64,000 nt of DNA from Thermoplasmata archaeon (GCA_021816955.1 JAKAWP010000004.1:117-64116), one strand, 5' to 3'. Shown: positions 1 through 9,868, counted from the first letter of the stretch. Numbers and translations: made by a program. Notes: generated by a model not told the origin, from the sequence alone.

Positions 1-123
1 ACCTCGCTCGAGCGGTTCGCGCGCGAAGTGCTCGGGGCGCCCCCCGAGCGGTACCACGAGGCGCTCGACCGGCTGTTTCACTCGGCGGGCGTCGCGGAGT
101 GGGGCGAGCGGACCGCCGAGTGA
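1..123 (+). CDS. 3' end of an unidentified protein gene (partial, continues upstream of the window)
   Basis: Frame 1 is open from base 1 to TGA at 121-123. Nearly every third codon position is G/C, as in the confident genes. The 40 aa (TSLERFAREVLGAPPERYHEALDRLFHSAGVAEWGERTAE) match no family I recognise. It overlaps the dph5 3' end convergently. Confidence 0.35.
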   Translation, partial: TSLERFAREVLGAPPERYHEALDRLFHSAGVAEWGERTAE

Positions 124-899
124 TCCCCGGGCCTCACCCGGAACGCTTCGATCGCCTCCCGCTCCTCGATGTGGAGCGTCGGGGCGAGGACGACGACCGA
201 GTGCGGCGGGGGTCCCGCCGACCACGTCGCGAGCTCGTCGGCCGTGCCGACCGCGGCCGACGCGTCCGCCCGGCCGACCCGCTCGACGATCGCAAACAGG
301 GCGTCCGTCGGCACCGACGGGCGACCGGGCCGCGGTCGGCTGAGCTCGGCGACGGCGTCCGGTCCGAGCCGAAAGCGGCCGGTCGGCGGATCGAGGTCGA
401 GCAGGACGAGCGTGTGGAGGCCGCGCCGGCGGTTCTCCGCGAGCTGCTCCCACGGCGAGACCGGGTCGAAGCCCGGCGCGACGAACGGCAACGAGACCGG
501 CCGACCGAATCGAGAATGCATCAGGCCGAGCCACGAAGCGACCGCGGTGAGCACGCTCGGGGCCGGGAGGTACTGCCAGGAGTGGCCGGCCCGAACGACG
601 GCCGACCGCAGGGCGACATGGGTCGTCGCGACGAACGGGTCGCCCGCGGTCACGAGCGCGACGCGCGCTCCGTCCCGGAGCGCGGCGAGGATCCTCGCTT
701 CGCCTTCGACCTCGGCCCGCGAGAGCCGGACGATCGGCCGGCCGAGCTCGGTGGCGAGACGCTCGAGCGTACCGGGGACGAACAGCGAGGTGTACTCCTC
801 GGCGAACAGTCGGTCGCACTCTCCGAGCGTCTGGACGGCCCGGCGCGACAGATCCCGCTCGTCCCCTAGGCCGGCGCCGACGAAATAGAGCGTCCCCAT
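78..899 (-). CDS. dph5: diphthine synthase (diphthamide biosynthesis methyltransferase)
   Basis: 273-aa ORF. The N-terminus MGTLYFVGAGLGDERDLSRRAVQTLGECDRLFAEEYTS is the typical tetrapyrrole-methylase-fold start of archaeal/eukaryotic Dph5. The ATG lies 9 nt after the USP stop codon. Confidence 0.9.
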   Translation of the reverse strand: MGTLYFVGAGLGDERDLSRRAVQTLGECDRLFAEEYTSLFVPGTLERLATELGRPIVRLSRAEVEGEARILAALRDGARVALVTAGDPFVATTHVALRSAVVRAGHSWQYLPAPSVLTAVASWLGLMHSRFGRPVSLPFVAPGFDPVSPWEQLAENRRRGLHTLVLLDLDPPTGRFRLGPDAVAELSRPRPGRPSVPTDALFAIVERVGRADASAAVGTADELATWSAGPPPHSVVVLAPTLHIEEREAIEAFRVRPGDHSAVRSPHSATPAE

Positions 900-908
900 C
901 GGCCCGAC

Positions 909-1715
909 CTATGACCGGAGCGCGAGCACCGGGCAGGGGGCCGCCCGGAAGACATCCTCGAGGAACCGGCGCGTGATCACCGGGCCCGCGGCGAGCTGAG
1001 GCTCCTCGCTCAACAGGACGAACCCGTAGCGCTCCCGCGCCGCGGCTTGGACGATCGGCTCCGCGCGCCGGTGCGCGCGGTGCAAGAGCGTCGGCGCGAC
1101 GGGAACGTGCTTCGTCGTGAACGCCACCCCGCGCTCCGTCGTTCCGTCCGCGTCGGGCGGGGTGTCGGCGTGGGTGCGGTCGCACAGCGCGAGCACGAGC
1201 AGCCGCGCGCCGGGAGAGCGGAGCGCGAGCGTCTCCGCGAGCCGAAGCGCTCGCGGATTCGGCTGCTCACCGAACGTCGGCAGGAGCAGCCGGCCGATGC
1301 GCGCCCCCGTCAAGGCGAGCCGGTTCGCGATCAGGACGTCCGAGCGGGCGTGATGGAGGAGCGCGCTCGCGGTGTGGCCGACGAACGGATTGCGGCTGCG
1401 TCGGTCGCCGCCCAGGGTGAGCAGGATCCCGTCGACGCCGTGCGACTCGGCGCTCTCCAAGATCTCGCCCGGGACGTCCGGGCTCGCTCGGACTTCGGGT
1501 TCGACCCGTAAGTCGAGCGCGGCGCCGGTCTCGTGCGCCGGGACGACGATGCTGACCGAGTTGCGCCACTGTCGGGTGACCTCGGGCAGCGTCGTCGTCG
1601 GGATGACGTGCAGCACTCGGATCTCCCCGTCCGGATCGACCAGCAGCGAAGCGAGGCGGATCGTGGGCTCGACTTCGTAGGCCTCCTTCACCGGCACGAG
1701 CAACTTCCGGTACAT
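909..1715 (-). CDS. tandem universal stress protein (two UspA-like domains), in the position of KdpQ
   Basis: Track ORF 909-1823 trimmed to the internal ATG (MYRKLLVPVKEAYE...), whose A is shared with the kdpC TGA (TGATG). It has two USP-like halves. The discarded 36 upstream codons are Arg/Gly-rich and overlap kdpC. Confidence 0.8.
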   Translation of the reverse strand: MYRKLLVPVKEAYEVEPTIRLASLLVDPDGEIRVLHVIPTTTLPEVTRQWRNSVSIVVPAHETGAALDLRVEPEVRASPDVPGEILESAESHGVDGILLTLGGDRRSRNPFVGHTASALLHHARSDVLIANRLALTGARIGRLLLPTFGEQPNPRALRLAETLALRSPGARLLVLALCDRTHADTPPDADGTTERGVAFTTKHVPVAPTLLHRAHRRAEPIVQAAARERYGFVLLSEEPQLAAGPVITRRFLEDVFRAAPCPVLALRS

Positions 1716-2413
1716 CACGCGCCTCCGAGACCGAGCGCCGCCCCCAACGCCGGGTACGCCTCGATAAGCGCCACGTCGAGCAGGAGAACGTTCACGTACG
1801 CGACCCCGACCCCGGGGAACCACGCGTAGGTGATCTGGCTATTGACGAGCGCGAGGAGCGTCGCGTCGGTGATGGTGGTGTTCGTCACATTCGACGCCGC
1901 CGCGCTGACGCGGGGGATCTGGACGAGCACGGCGCCGGGGGTAAGGTCCGGATCGAACCCGGAGCCCGACGGGGAGACCCACGGCAGCGCGGCGGTCACG
2001 TTGAACCGGCCATACCGGGCGAAGTACTCGAGGGTTTCGTTGATCAGCTGCGTCAGCGCCGGCGTCTGACTTCCCGGTGGCGCGTTCGTCCCGTTGAGGA
2101 AGTTGTAATCGTTGAGCGACGGGCGGTCCCAGAAGAGGAACGGACGCGAGAAGTTCTGCGCGACGAGCGACGAGCCGACGAGCGTTCCGTTGAGATAGAC
2201 GAGCGAGCCGTTCGCCCCGTGCGGGTTGATCAGGTCGGCGAGGCCGGTCACGACCAACGGGTAGCCCGCGCCGGTCACGACAATCGCGATCGCGAGCAGC
2301 ACGGTCGCCCCGCGCAGGTGCCGGGCCACGGCCGGCCCCGACCGTCGCCGCCGTCCCGGAGGCGGACGCGCCGCCGAACCGGCCGGGGGTGAACGTTCGG
2401 CGGGCGAGCTCAT
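1715..2413 (-). CDS. kdpC: K+-transporting ATPase subunit C
   Basis: This is the C-terminal 232 aa of track ORF 1715-3121. It has an N-terminal TM helix (VLLAIAIVVTGAGYPLVVTG) and the KdpC-like SGSGFDPDLTP motif. Its ATG overlaps the kdpB TGA (ATGA). Confidence 0.85.
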   Translation of the reverse strand: MSSPAERSPPAGSAARPPPGRRRRSGPAVARHLRGATVLLAIAIVVTGAGYPLVVTGLADLINPHGANGSLVYLNGTLVGSSLVAQNFSRPFLFWDRPSLNDYNFLNGTNAPPGSQTPALTQLINETLEYFARYGRFNVTAALPWVSPSGSGFDPDLTPGAVLVQIPRVSAAASNVTNTTITDATLLALVNSQITYAWFPGVGVAYVNVLLLDVALIEAYPALGAALGLGGA

Positions 2414-4563
2414 AGCCCTCCGAGCGGCAAATAATGGCCGACGGCCTGGGCGACCGCGGTCGCGATCGGCTGGGCGTACAGCCACGCCAGGAAGAGGTAG
2501 ACGAGCTTGATCCCGACGAATGCGCTCACGAGTCCCCCCACGCCGTAGGCGAGCAGGTTGCGGCGCAAGAGGTCGGTCGCCGACCGCGGGCGGAACCGCA
2601 CCCCGGCGAGCGCCAGCGGGATCAATAGCGGGATCACGAGGGCATTGAACAGGAGGGCCGACAGCACGGCGAGGGCCGGGTCGGAGAGCCCGAGGATGTT
2701 GAGCGGGGCGACCCCGGCGAGCACGGTGCCGCCCGCCACGACGAAGATCGCGGGGAGGATGGCGAAGTACTTCGCGACGTCGTTCGTGATCGAGAAGGTC
2801 GTGAGCGCCCCCCGGGTGATGAGCAGCTGCTTGCCGATCGAGACGATCTCGATCAGCTTCGTCGGGTCGCTGTCGAGATCGACCATGTTGCCGGCCTCCT
2901 TCGCCGCGCCGGTCCCGGAATTCATCGCCAAGCCGACGTCGGCGCGCGCAAGCGCGGGCGCGTCGTTCGTCCCGTCCCCGGTCATCGCCACGAGCCGCCC
3001 CTGGGCCTTCTCCCGGTTGATGACGAGCAGCTTCGTTTCGGGCTTCGCTTCCGCGATGAATTCGTCCACGCCGGCCTCCTTCGCGACCGCCGCCGCGGTC
3101 AGGCGGTTGTCGCCGGTGCACATGATCGTCCGGATGCCCATCGTCCGGAGCTCCCGGATCCGGTCGCGGATCCCCGGCTTCACCACATCCTTCAGGAGGA
3201 CAAGCCCGAGCGCCCGTCGGTCCCGCGCGATCACGAGCGGCGTCATCCCCTGGCGGGCCGCGTCGACGGCTTGCTGGCGGACGGCGGGCGGCAGCACGAC
3301 CCCGGCGCCCTCCATCGCGGAGATCGACCCCTTCACGGCCAACGATCCGTCCGGGAGCGTCAGTCCGCTCATCCGCCGCTCCGGCGTGAACGGCATCACT
3401 TGGAACGTGCCGGGCTCGAGCCGCGGCGCGACGGCGCCCCGCCGGGCGGCCAGGCGAACGATCGAGCGGCCCTCGGGCGTCTCGTCCAGCGCCGAAGCGA
3501 GCAGCGCCGTCTCGAGCAGCTCGTTCGCCGGAACGTCGGGCGCCGGCACGAACTGCACCGCGAGGCGATTGCCGATCGTGATCGTCCCCGTCTTGTCGAG
3601 GATCAGCACGTCCAGGTCGCCGGCCGCCTCGACGGCCCGGCCGCTCTTCGCGATCACGTTCGCGCGCGCGACGCGGTTGATCCCCGAGATCCCGATCGCG
3701 GGCAGTAACGCCCCGATCGTCGTCGGGATCAGGCAGACGAACAGCGCGATAAGGGTCGCGAGCGGGACCGTCGCGATCCCGGTCGAATCGGCGAGGTAGA
3801 TGAACGTCACGACGACCGTCGCGAGGGCGATGGTGAGCGACGCGAGCAGGACGCTGAGGGCGAGCTCGTTCGGAGTCGCCTCGCGGCCCGCGTGCTCGAC
3901 GAGCTCGATCAATCGGTCGAGGAACGAATGGCCTTCCGTGGCCGTGACCCGGACGCGGATCGATCCTTGGAGCACCCGGGTACCGCCGAGGACGCCGGTC
4001 TTGTCGCCGCCGCTCTCCCGCATGACGGCCTGCGACTCGCCGGTCATCATCGATTCGTCGACCAGCGCGGCCCCCGCCACGACGTCGCCGTCGATCGGAA
4101 TCGTTTCCGACGCTTCGACGGCGATGAGGTCGCCGATCTTGAGCTGGCTGGACGGCACCCAGACGGATGAGCCGGCCGCCTCGATCCGCCGGGCGCGAAT
4201 CCCGCCTTTGATCTCCCGGAGGCTGTCGGCCTGCGCCCGGCCCCGGGCTTCCGCGATCGCCTCGCTCAACGTGCCGAACCAGACGGTCAGGAACAGGATC
4301 ACCGTCGCGCTGAGGTAGTACGTCGCCGAGTAGTCGGCGGCGAGGTCGGGGAACGCCCGCGGCACGAGCGTGAGCACTGCGAGGAGGAGGAACAGGACGT
4401 AGACCGTGAACATCACCGGGTGGCGGAGCTGCGCGCGCGGATGGAAGAGTCGGAACGAGTCGCCGAGCACGCGGCGGAGGCTCGTGTGCGACGCGCCGCG
4501 TCCGGCGGTCGGCAACGCCGGGACGCGGACGAGCGGCGACTCGGATTCGACCGAAGCGTCCAC
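2410..4563 (-). CDS. kdpB: K+-transporting P-type ATPase subunit B
   Basis: 717 aa with the DKTGTIT phosphorylation motif, TGDN, and the GDGTNDAPALA hinge. GTG start 1 nt after the kdpA stop. Confidence 0.95.
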   Translation of the reverse strand: MDASVESESPLVRVPALPTAGRGASHTSLRRVLGDSFRLFHPRAQLRHPVMFTVYVLFLLLAVLTLVPRAFPDLAADYSATYYLSATVILFLTVWFGTLSEAIAEARGRAQADSLREIKGGIRARRIEAAGSSVWVPSSQLKIGDLIAVEASETIPIDGDVVAGAALVDESMMTGESQAVMRESGGDKTGVLGGTRVLQGSIRVRVTATEGHSFLDRLIELVEHAGREATPNELALSVLLASLTIALATVVVTFIYLADSTGIATVPLATLIALFVCLIPTTIGALLPAIGISGINRVARANVIAKSGRAVEAAGDLDVLILDKTGTITIGNRLAVQFVPAPDVPANELLETALLASALDETPEGRSIVRLAARRGAVAPRLEPGTFQVMPFTPERRMSGLTLPDGSLAVKGSISAMEGAGVVLPPAVRQQAVDAARQGMTPLVIARDRRALGLVLLKDVVKPGIRDRIRELRTMGIRTIMCTGDNRLTAAAVAKEAGVDEFIAEAKPETKLLVINREKAQGRLVAMTGDGTNDAPALARADVGLAMNSGTGAAKEAGNMVDLDSDPTKLIEIVSIGKQLLITRGALTTFSITNDVAKYFAILPAIFVVAGGTVLAGVAPLNILGLSDPALAVLSALLFNALVIPLLIPLALAGVRFRPRSATDLLRRNLLAYGVGGLVSAFVGIKLVYLFLAWLYAQPIATAVAQAVGHYLPLGGL

Positions 4564-4564
4564 G

Positions 4565-6256
4565 TCAGACCCCCAGCTGGGCGAACGGGCCCAGCACCAG
4601 GACCGGTAGGAACAACAGGCCGGACAAGATGATCACGAGGAGCGTGAGGAACATCGCAAACGTCCATCCGCGGGTCTGGAGCGTCCCCGGCCCCGGCTGG
4701 AGCACGTCCTGGTGGGCGAAGATCGAGCCGATGGCGAGCATGCCGATCATCGGCGCGAAGCGGCCGATCAGCATGATCGCGGCGCCGACGACATTGAAGA
4801 AGATCGTTCCGTCGGCGATCGGGCCCATCGCGCTCCCGTTGTTCGCGGCTTCGCTCGTGAACTCGTAGAGCACGGTCGTGAACGCGTAGGCGTTCGTCGG
4901 GATCGAACCGCCGGCGACCGCGACGAACCCGCCCACGGTCGCCACGACCAAGGGAACGAGGATCAGCGCCGGATGCAACAGGAGCACGCCGGCGGCCCAG
5001 CGCATCTGGGAGGTCCCGACCTTCTTGCCGAGGTACTCAGGCGTCCGACCGACCATCAGGCCGCCCACGAAGACCGCGATCACCGCGAAGACGAGGAGCA
5101 TCCCGAAGCCGGTCCCGTCGCCGCCGGGGGTCGACTGGGTGAACATGCCGAACAGCAACACGGCCTGGCTGAGCGGGGCGAGGCTTCCGATCTGCACGCT
5201 CGTCGCGCCGGTATTCGAGTAGACGCTGACGACCTGGAAGAGCGACGCCTCGGTCCCGCTGAACCGGGTCTCGAAGCCCGGCCCGGGGAACGCGCCCGAC
5301 GCGAACCCAAACGACGAGAGCGCCGGGTTCGACCCGGACTGGAAGAACAGGACGAGGCCCAACGCGACGAACAGGACGACCACGGACGTGGCGAGGAACG
5401 GAAACCCCTCCCCCGGACGGCGAACGATCTGGGCGAAGGCGAACGGGAACCCGAGCGGAATGAGCAGCATGAGCCCCGTCTGAAAGAGGTTCGACGCCGC
5501 GTTCGGATTCTCGAACGGCGACATCGCGTTCGCGGAGAACCAGCCGCCGCCGTTCGTGCCGAGCATCATGATCGACTCCCAGGAGGCGACCGGCCCGACG
5601 TAGATCGTCTGGGACCCTCCGCCGAGGGTGTGGGCGGTGAGGTCGTAGGCGAGCGTCTGGGGTACTCCGAACGCGACGAGAACGACGGCGCCCACGAGGG
5701 CGAGCGGAAGGAGGACCCGGGTCATCGTGCGGACCATGTCGACATAGAAGTTGCCGAGGGTGCCGTCCTTGTGCGTGAACCCCCGGATGAAGGCGGCGGC
5801 AACGCTCATCCCCATCGCGGGGGAGAGGAACAGCGCCGCTTGGAGGCCGAAGAGCGCCGCCCCGTACGACAGCTGGGATTGGGGGTTGAAGTGCGTGAAG
5901 TCGGTGTTCGTGAGGAAGCTCGCGGCGGTGTGGCTGGCGAGGTCCCACGTCATTCCGGGATCTCCCACCGGATTGAGCGGAAGGCTGGACTGCAGGGTGA
6001 GCAACAGCACGATCCACACAAACAGGCCGGCGCTCGTGAGCAATAGCGCCCCGACGTACTCCCGAAACCGCATCGAGATCCGAGGCGAGGTCCCGAGCAG
6101 GCGATAGATCGCCGTTTCGACCGGCGTGAGCAGGCGGTCCCCGAGGAGCGGTCGGTTCAGGTAGACGCGGCCCAGGTACTCTCCGAAGTACGGCGCGAAC
6201 GCGAGGACCGCGGCGAAGACGATCGCGATCTCAAGGAGGCCCCCGAGGTCGACCAC
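4565..6256 (-). CDS. kdpA: K+-transporting ATPase subunit A
   Basis: 563-aa polytopic membrane protein with the KdpA-type LGTNGGGWF selectivity-filter segment. GTG start. Confidence 0.95.
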   Translation of the reverse strand: MVDLGGLLEIAIVFAAVLAFAPYFGEYLGRVYLNRPLLGDRLLTPVETAIYRLLGTSPRISMRFREYVGALLLTSAGLFVWIVLLLTLQSSLPLNPVGDPGMTWDLASHTAASFLTNTDFTHFNPQSQLSYGAALFGLQAALFLSPAMGMSVAAAFIRGFTHKDGTLGNFYVDMVRTMTRVLLPLALVGAVVLVAFGVPQTLAYDLTAHTLGGGSQTIYVGPVASWESIMMLGTNGGGWFSANAMSPFENPNAASNLFQTGLMLLIPLGFPFAFAQIVRRPGEGFPFLATSVVVLFVALGLVLFFQSGSNPALSSFGFASGAFPGPGFETRFSGTEASLFQVVSVYSNTGATSVQIGSLAPLSQAVLLFGMFTQSTPGGDGTGFGMLLVFAVIAVFVGGLMVGRTPEYLGKKVGTSQMRWAAGVLLLHPALILVPLVVATVGGFVAVAGGSIPTNAYAFTTVLYEFTSEAANNGSAMGPIADGTIFFNVVGAAIMLIGRFAPMIGMLAIGSIFAHQDVLQPGPGTLQTRGWTFAMFLTLLVIILSGLLFLPVLVLGPFAQLGV

Positions 6257-6266
6257 CGAACTCCCC

Positions 6267-6374
6267 CTAGAACCGCTCCGGGTGGAGCATCGCGTAGACG
6301 AGATACGCGACGACTACCACCACGATCCCGGTGAACACCGCGAGCCCCAGGTTCTGCCAAACCGCGCTCAGCAC
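6267..6374 (-). CDS. kdpF: K+-transporting ATPase subunit F (35 aa, not in the ORF track)
   Basis: Hand translation from a GTG start gives VLSAVWQNLGLAVFTGIVVVVVAYLVYAMLHPERF then TAG. It is a single TM helix with a KdpF-like YLVYA-x-L-x-PE-x-F tail. The stop lies 10 nt upstream of the kdpA start. Confidence 0.7.
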   Translation of the reverse strand: MLSAVWQNLGLAVFTGIVVVVVAYLVYAMLHPERF

Positions 6375-6417
6375 GTCCGTGGCTGGTCCCCCGGGAGGCG
6401 GAGGAGCCGATCAGAGT

Positions 6418-6426
6418 GATTTAAGG
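6418..6426 (-). promoter_or_regulatory. TATA-like box (CCTTAAATC) upstream of kdpF
   Basis: This is the only A/T-rich element between the helicase 3' end and kdpF. It lies about 45-50 nt upstream of the kdpF GTG. Confidence 0.35.
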
Positions 6427-6455
6427 CCGGCGCCCGAACGGCCCGGCCCGGCAGC

Positions 6456-8210
6456 TTATGAACCGGACGGTCCGGCGCGCCGGGTACGACCCGGGGCGGG
6501 CGCCTCCCGCGACCGCCCCTGGCTGTCGGCGGGAGCGGAGGGGGTCTCGGCCGACGCGGTCCGAGCGCGGGCGAGGCGGCGGACGATGCGGCGCATCGCC
6601 CGTTCCCGCTGGACCTCGGCGCGTTGGTAGCCGACGTCGCGCGTTTCGGCGGTGAGGAGCACGATCACGCGGCCGACCGACGAGCGGCCGGTCCGTCCGC
6701 GCCGCTGGATCGTGCGAATCTCGCTCGGAATCGATTCGAAGAAGACGACGAGGTCGACGTCGGGAACGTCGAGCCCCTCTTCCGCGACGCTGCTCGCCAC
6801 GAGCACGGGAAAGGCGCCGTGGCGGAACGCGTCGAGGATGCGGCTCTGTTCCCGCTGGGTCATTCCGACATCCTGCGAGTCCCGGGTCGCCTGCCCGACG
6901 AACCGGCCGACGGTCCATCCCTGCCCTTCGAGGGCGGCGGTGATCGTCTGGATCGTGTCGCGATACTGCGCGAAGACCAGGATCCGGGGAGGGCGACCGA
7001 GCGGCCGCGCCAGCTCCTCCCGCACGATCTCGACGAGCGCGTCAAGCTTCGGATGGGACGCGCCCGTCCCCTCGGCCGCCACCGCTTCGGCGGCGGCGCA
7101 CGCCCGGACTACCTCGGGCCGGCTGAGAAACGCCCGGTCTCCCCGGGACGGTTTCTCCTTGTCCGCTACGCGGCGCACGTACGCCAGAAACGGGGCGACC
7201 CCCTGGGTTTCCAGCCGCTCGAGGGCGTGGTGGAGGTGCATCAGCTGCAGCTGGTGAAACAGCGGACCGAACTTTCGGGTCATCGGGCCGGGCCGGGCGA
7301 AAATCTCCTGACGCACCGCCAGGATGTCCTTGAGCGAGAGCGAGGCGATCGGTTTCGAGCGGAGAAACCCGATCCGCTGCAGCCGACGGGCGGTGTCGCG
7401 TTCCGCCTGCTTCAGTTCGGCTTGAATCGCCTTCACGGGGGGCGGCAACTCCACCCATCGGTAGTCGATATCGACCGGCTGCACGAACTCGCGGACCCCA
7501 TCGTCTTCTCGCGTCCGGGCTTCCACCCGCGGATGGCCGAGGTGGGCGACCACCTCCTCGATCCGCTCGTCCTTCCCCCCGGGGGACGCCGTCAATCCCA
7601 GCAGGCGGGCCGACGACGCGCGCTGGGCGAGGAAATCGGCGGCGATCCGGACGTACGCGTACTCCCCGACGGCATGGTGGGCCTCGTCCAGTACGAGGAG
7701 GTCGACCGTGTCGAGCGCGTACCGGCCGGCCGCGAGGTCGTTGCGGACGATTTCGGGCGTCGCAAAGACCAGATCGCTCTCCTCCCACGAGCCGGCACGG
7801 GAAGGGCGGCGAACGGACCCGGTAAACCGCGCGCTCCGGAACGGCGTCAGCCACCGCGAGAACGATTCGGCGTGCTGCTCCACGAGCGGCCGCGTCGGCG
7901 CCAAGAAGACGACCTTTCCGTCGCCCCGGCGCAACAGCTCGGCCGCGAGCAGCGCGGCGATCACGGTCTTTCCGAGGCCGGTCGGCAGCACGACGAGGAG
8001 ATCTTCCGTTAGGCCGAGACGGGCCAGCTCGAGTTGGAACGGGACCGCGCGCAACGTGCCCGGACGAACGAACGGATGGACCACCCAGCCGTCTTCGACC
8101 CTCCATGTCCCGTCCGGCGCCGGCGGGTGAGGTCGCGTCCGGGCCGGCGGCGGCCCGAGGATCGGCGCGTCCGGGCCGGAGAAATCGTCCAAGCGCCGCT
8201 GGGTCCCCAT
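6456..8210 (-). CDS. Hef/FANCM-family (ERCC4-related) DEAH-box helicase, helicase-only form
   Basis: Motifs present: PTGLGKT (Walker A), LVLDEAHHAV (DEAH), LTASPG, QRRGRTGR (motif VI). Trimmed to the internal ATG (MGTQRRLDDF...). The C-terminus is a basic tail and no nuclease domain is visible. Confidence 0.85.
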   Translation of the reverse strand: MGTQRRLDDFSGPDAPILGPPPARTRPHPPAPDGTWRVEDGWVVHPFVRPGTLRAVPFQLELARLGLTEDLLVVLPTGLGKTVIAALLAAELLRRGDGKVVFLAPTRPLVEQHAESFSRWLTPFRSARFTGSVRRPSRAGSWEESDLVFATPEIVRNDLAAGRYALDTVDLLVLDEAHHAVGEYAYVRIAADFLAQRASSARLLGLTASPGGKDERIEEVVAHLGHPRVEARTREDDGVREFVQPVDIDYRWVELPPPVKAIQAELKQAERDTARRLQRIGFLRSKPIASLSLKDILAVRQEIFARPGPMTRKFGPLFHQLQLMHLHHALERLETQGVAPFLAYVRRVADKEKPSRGDRAFLSRPEVVRACAAAEAVAAEGTGASHPKLDALVEIVREELARPLGRPPRILVFAQYRDTIQTITAALEGQGWTVGRFVGQATRDSQDVGMTQREQSRILDAFRHGAFPVLVASSVAEEGLDVPDVDLVVFFESIPSEIRTIQRRGRTGRSSVGRVIVLLTAETRDVGYQRAEVQRERAMRRIVRRLARARTASAETPSAPADSQGRSREAPAPGRTRRAGPSGS

Positions 8211-8371
8211 GAGAACGCCGCTATCGACTCCCCCCGTATGCGCCTTTGCCCCGACCGGAGGGCGACCGGAACGCCCGGGCCGTCGAGGTCGATTCGGCGG
8301 CGTCGGACCCGGAGCCGGCCCCATCGGCCAACTTTTTACCCCGGGCGTGCTCGGCGACGCGAGGGTCGATC

Positions 8372-9868
8372 ATGAGCGAGGCCTCCCCCGAATATGGGCT
8401 ATTTATCGGCGGCCGCTGGGAAACGCCGGACGGCGCCCGTCGGTTCACGACGGTCAATCCGGCGACGGGGGAGCCGGTCGGCTCGTTCGTCGCCGGGACG
8501 GCGGCCGACGTCGAGCGGGCGGTACGCGCCGCGGCCGAGGCGTTCCGCGACTGGCGGGCGACCCCGGCGCCGAAGCGCGGCGAACTTTTGCTCCGGGCGG
8601 CCGAGATCTTCCGGCGGCGGAAGGAGGAGCTGGCTCGGATCGTGACCCGCGAGATGGGCAAAGTGATCAGCGAGGGGCGCGGCGATGTCCAGGAGTCGAT
8701 CGACTTCGTCGAGTACATGGCGGGAGAGGGCCGGCGTCTCGCCGGCGAGACCGTCCCGTCCGAGCTGCGATCGAAATTCTGCCTGACGGTCCGCCAACCG
8801 AAGGGTGTAGTGGCCTGCATCACCCCGTGGAACTTTCCGACGGCGATCCCGAATTGGAAGATCGCGGCGGCGCTCATCTGCGGCAACACGGTCGTCTTCA
8901 AGCCGGCCTCCAACACCGCCCGCTGCGCCGCGGAAGTCGTGCGGGCGTACGAGGAAGCCGGTCTGCCCCCGGGGGTGCTCAACTTCGTGACGGGCTCCGG
9001 GGCGGAGGTCGGGCACGCGCTCGTTGCCCACCCGACCGTACGGACCGTTTCGTTCACCGGCGGGGTCGACACCGGCCGCGACGTCTACGTCCGCGGGGCC
9101 GAAGGGCTCAAGATGGTCCACCTCGAACTCGGGGGAAAGAACCCCGTGATCGCCCTGGAGGATGCCGACCTCGACCTCCTCATTGACGGGGTATTGTTCG
9201 GTGCGTTCGGCACCTCCGGCCAACGCTGTACCGCGACGAGCCGCCTGATCCTGCACGAAGCGATCTACGACGAGGCGCTGGAGCGACTCACCGACCGGCT
9301 CGATCGGTTCCCGGTCGGGGATCCGCTCGATCCGGCGACCGGGATGGGCCCCGTCGCCTCGGCCGACCAGGAACGGAAGATCCTCGCGTACATCGAGGTC
9401 GGACGGCGAGAGGCCCGGCTCCGCTACGGCGGGCAGAAGCTGACCGGCGGGATCTACGACCGCGGCCACTTCATCGCACCGACAATCTTCGAGACGCGCC
9501 ACGGCACGCGGATCTCCAAGGAGGAGATCTTCGGGCCGGTTCTCAGCGTGCTCAAGGCGGCGTCGTTCGAGGAGGCGGTCCGCATCGCCAACGACGTCGA
9601 CTACGGTCTCTCCTCCTCGATCTACACCCGGGATATCGACCGGGCGTTCCGGGCGATCGACGCGCTCGAGGCGGGGATCACCTACGTCAACGCGCCGACG
9701 ATCGGCGCGGAGGTTCAGCTCCCGTTCGGCGGGATCAAGAACACCGGCAACGGGGGCCGCGAGGCCGGGAGCGCCGCGATCGAGGAGTTCTCCGAGATCA
9801 AGACGGTGTTCATCGATTTCTCGCACCGGCTCCAGAAGGCCCAGATCGACGCGGAGAGCGCAGCGTGA
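8372..9868 (+). CDS. NAD(P)+-dependent aldehyde dehydrogenase
   Basis: Trimmed to MSEASPEYGLFIGGRWETPDG. Contains the catalytic Glu motif LELGGKNP and the catalytic Cys motif GQRCTATSR. Confidence 0.9.
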   Translation: MSEASPEYGLFIGGRWETPDGARRFTTVNPATGEPVGSFVAGTAADVERAVRAAAEAFRDWRATPAPKRGELLLRAAEIFRRRKEELARIVTREMGKVISEGRGDVQESIDFVEYMAGEGRRLAGETVPSELRSKFCLTVRQPKGVVACITPWNFPTAIPNWKIAAALICGNTVVFKPASNTARCAAEVVRAYEEAGLPPGVLNFVTGSGAEVGHALVAHPTVRTVSFTGGVDTGRDVYVRGAEGLKMVHLELGGKNPVIALEDADLDLLIDGVLFGAFGTSGQRCTATSRLILHEAIYDEALERLTDRLDRFPVGDPLDPATGMGPVASADQERKILAYIEVGRREARLRYGGQKLTGGIYDRGHFIAPTIFETRHGTRISKEEIFGPVLSVLKAASFEEAVRIANDVDYGLSSSIYTRDIDRAFRAIDALEAGITYVNAPTIGAEVQLPFGGIKNTGNGGREAGSAAIEEFSEIKTVFIDFSHRLQKAQIDAESAA

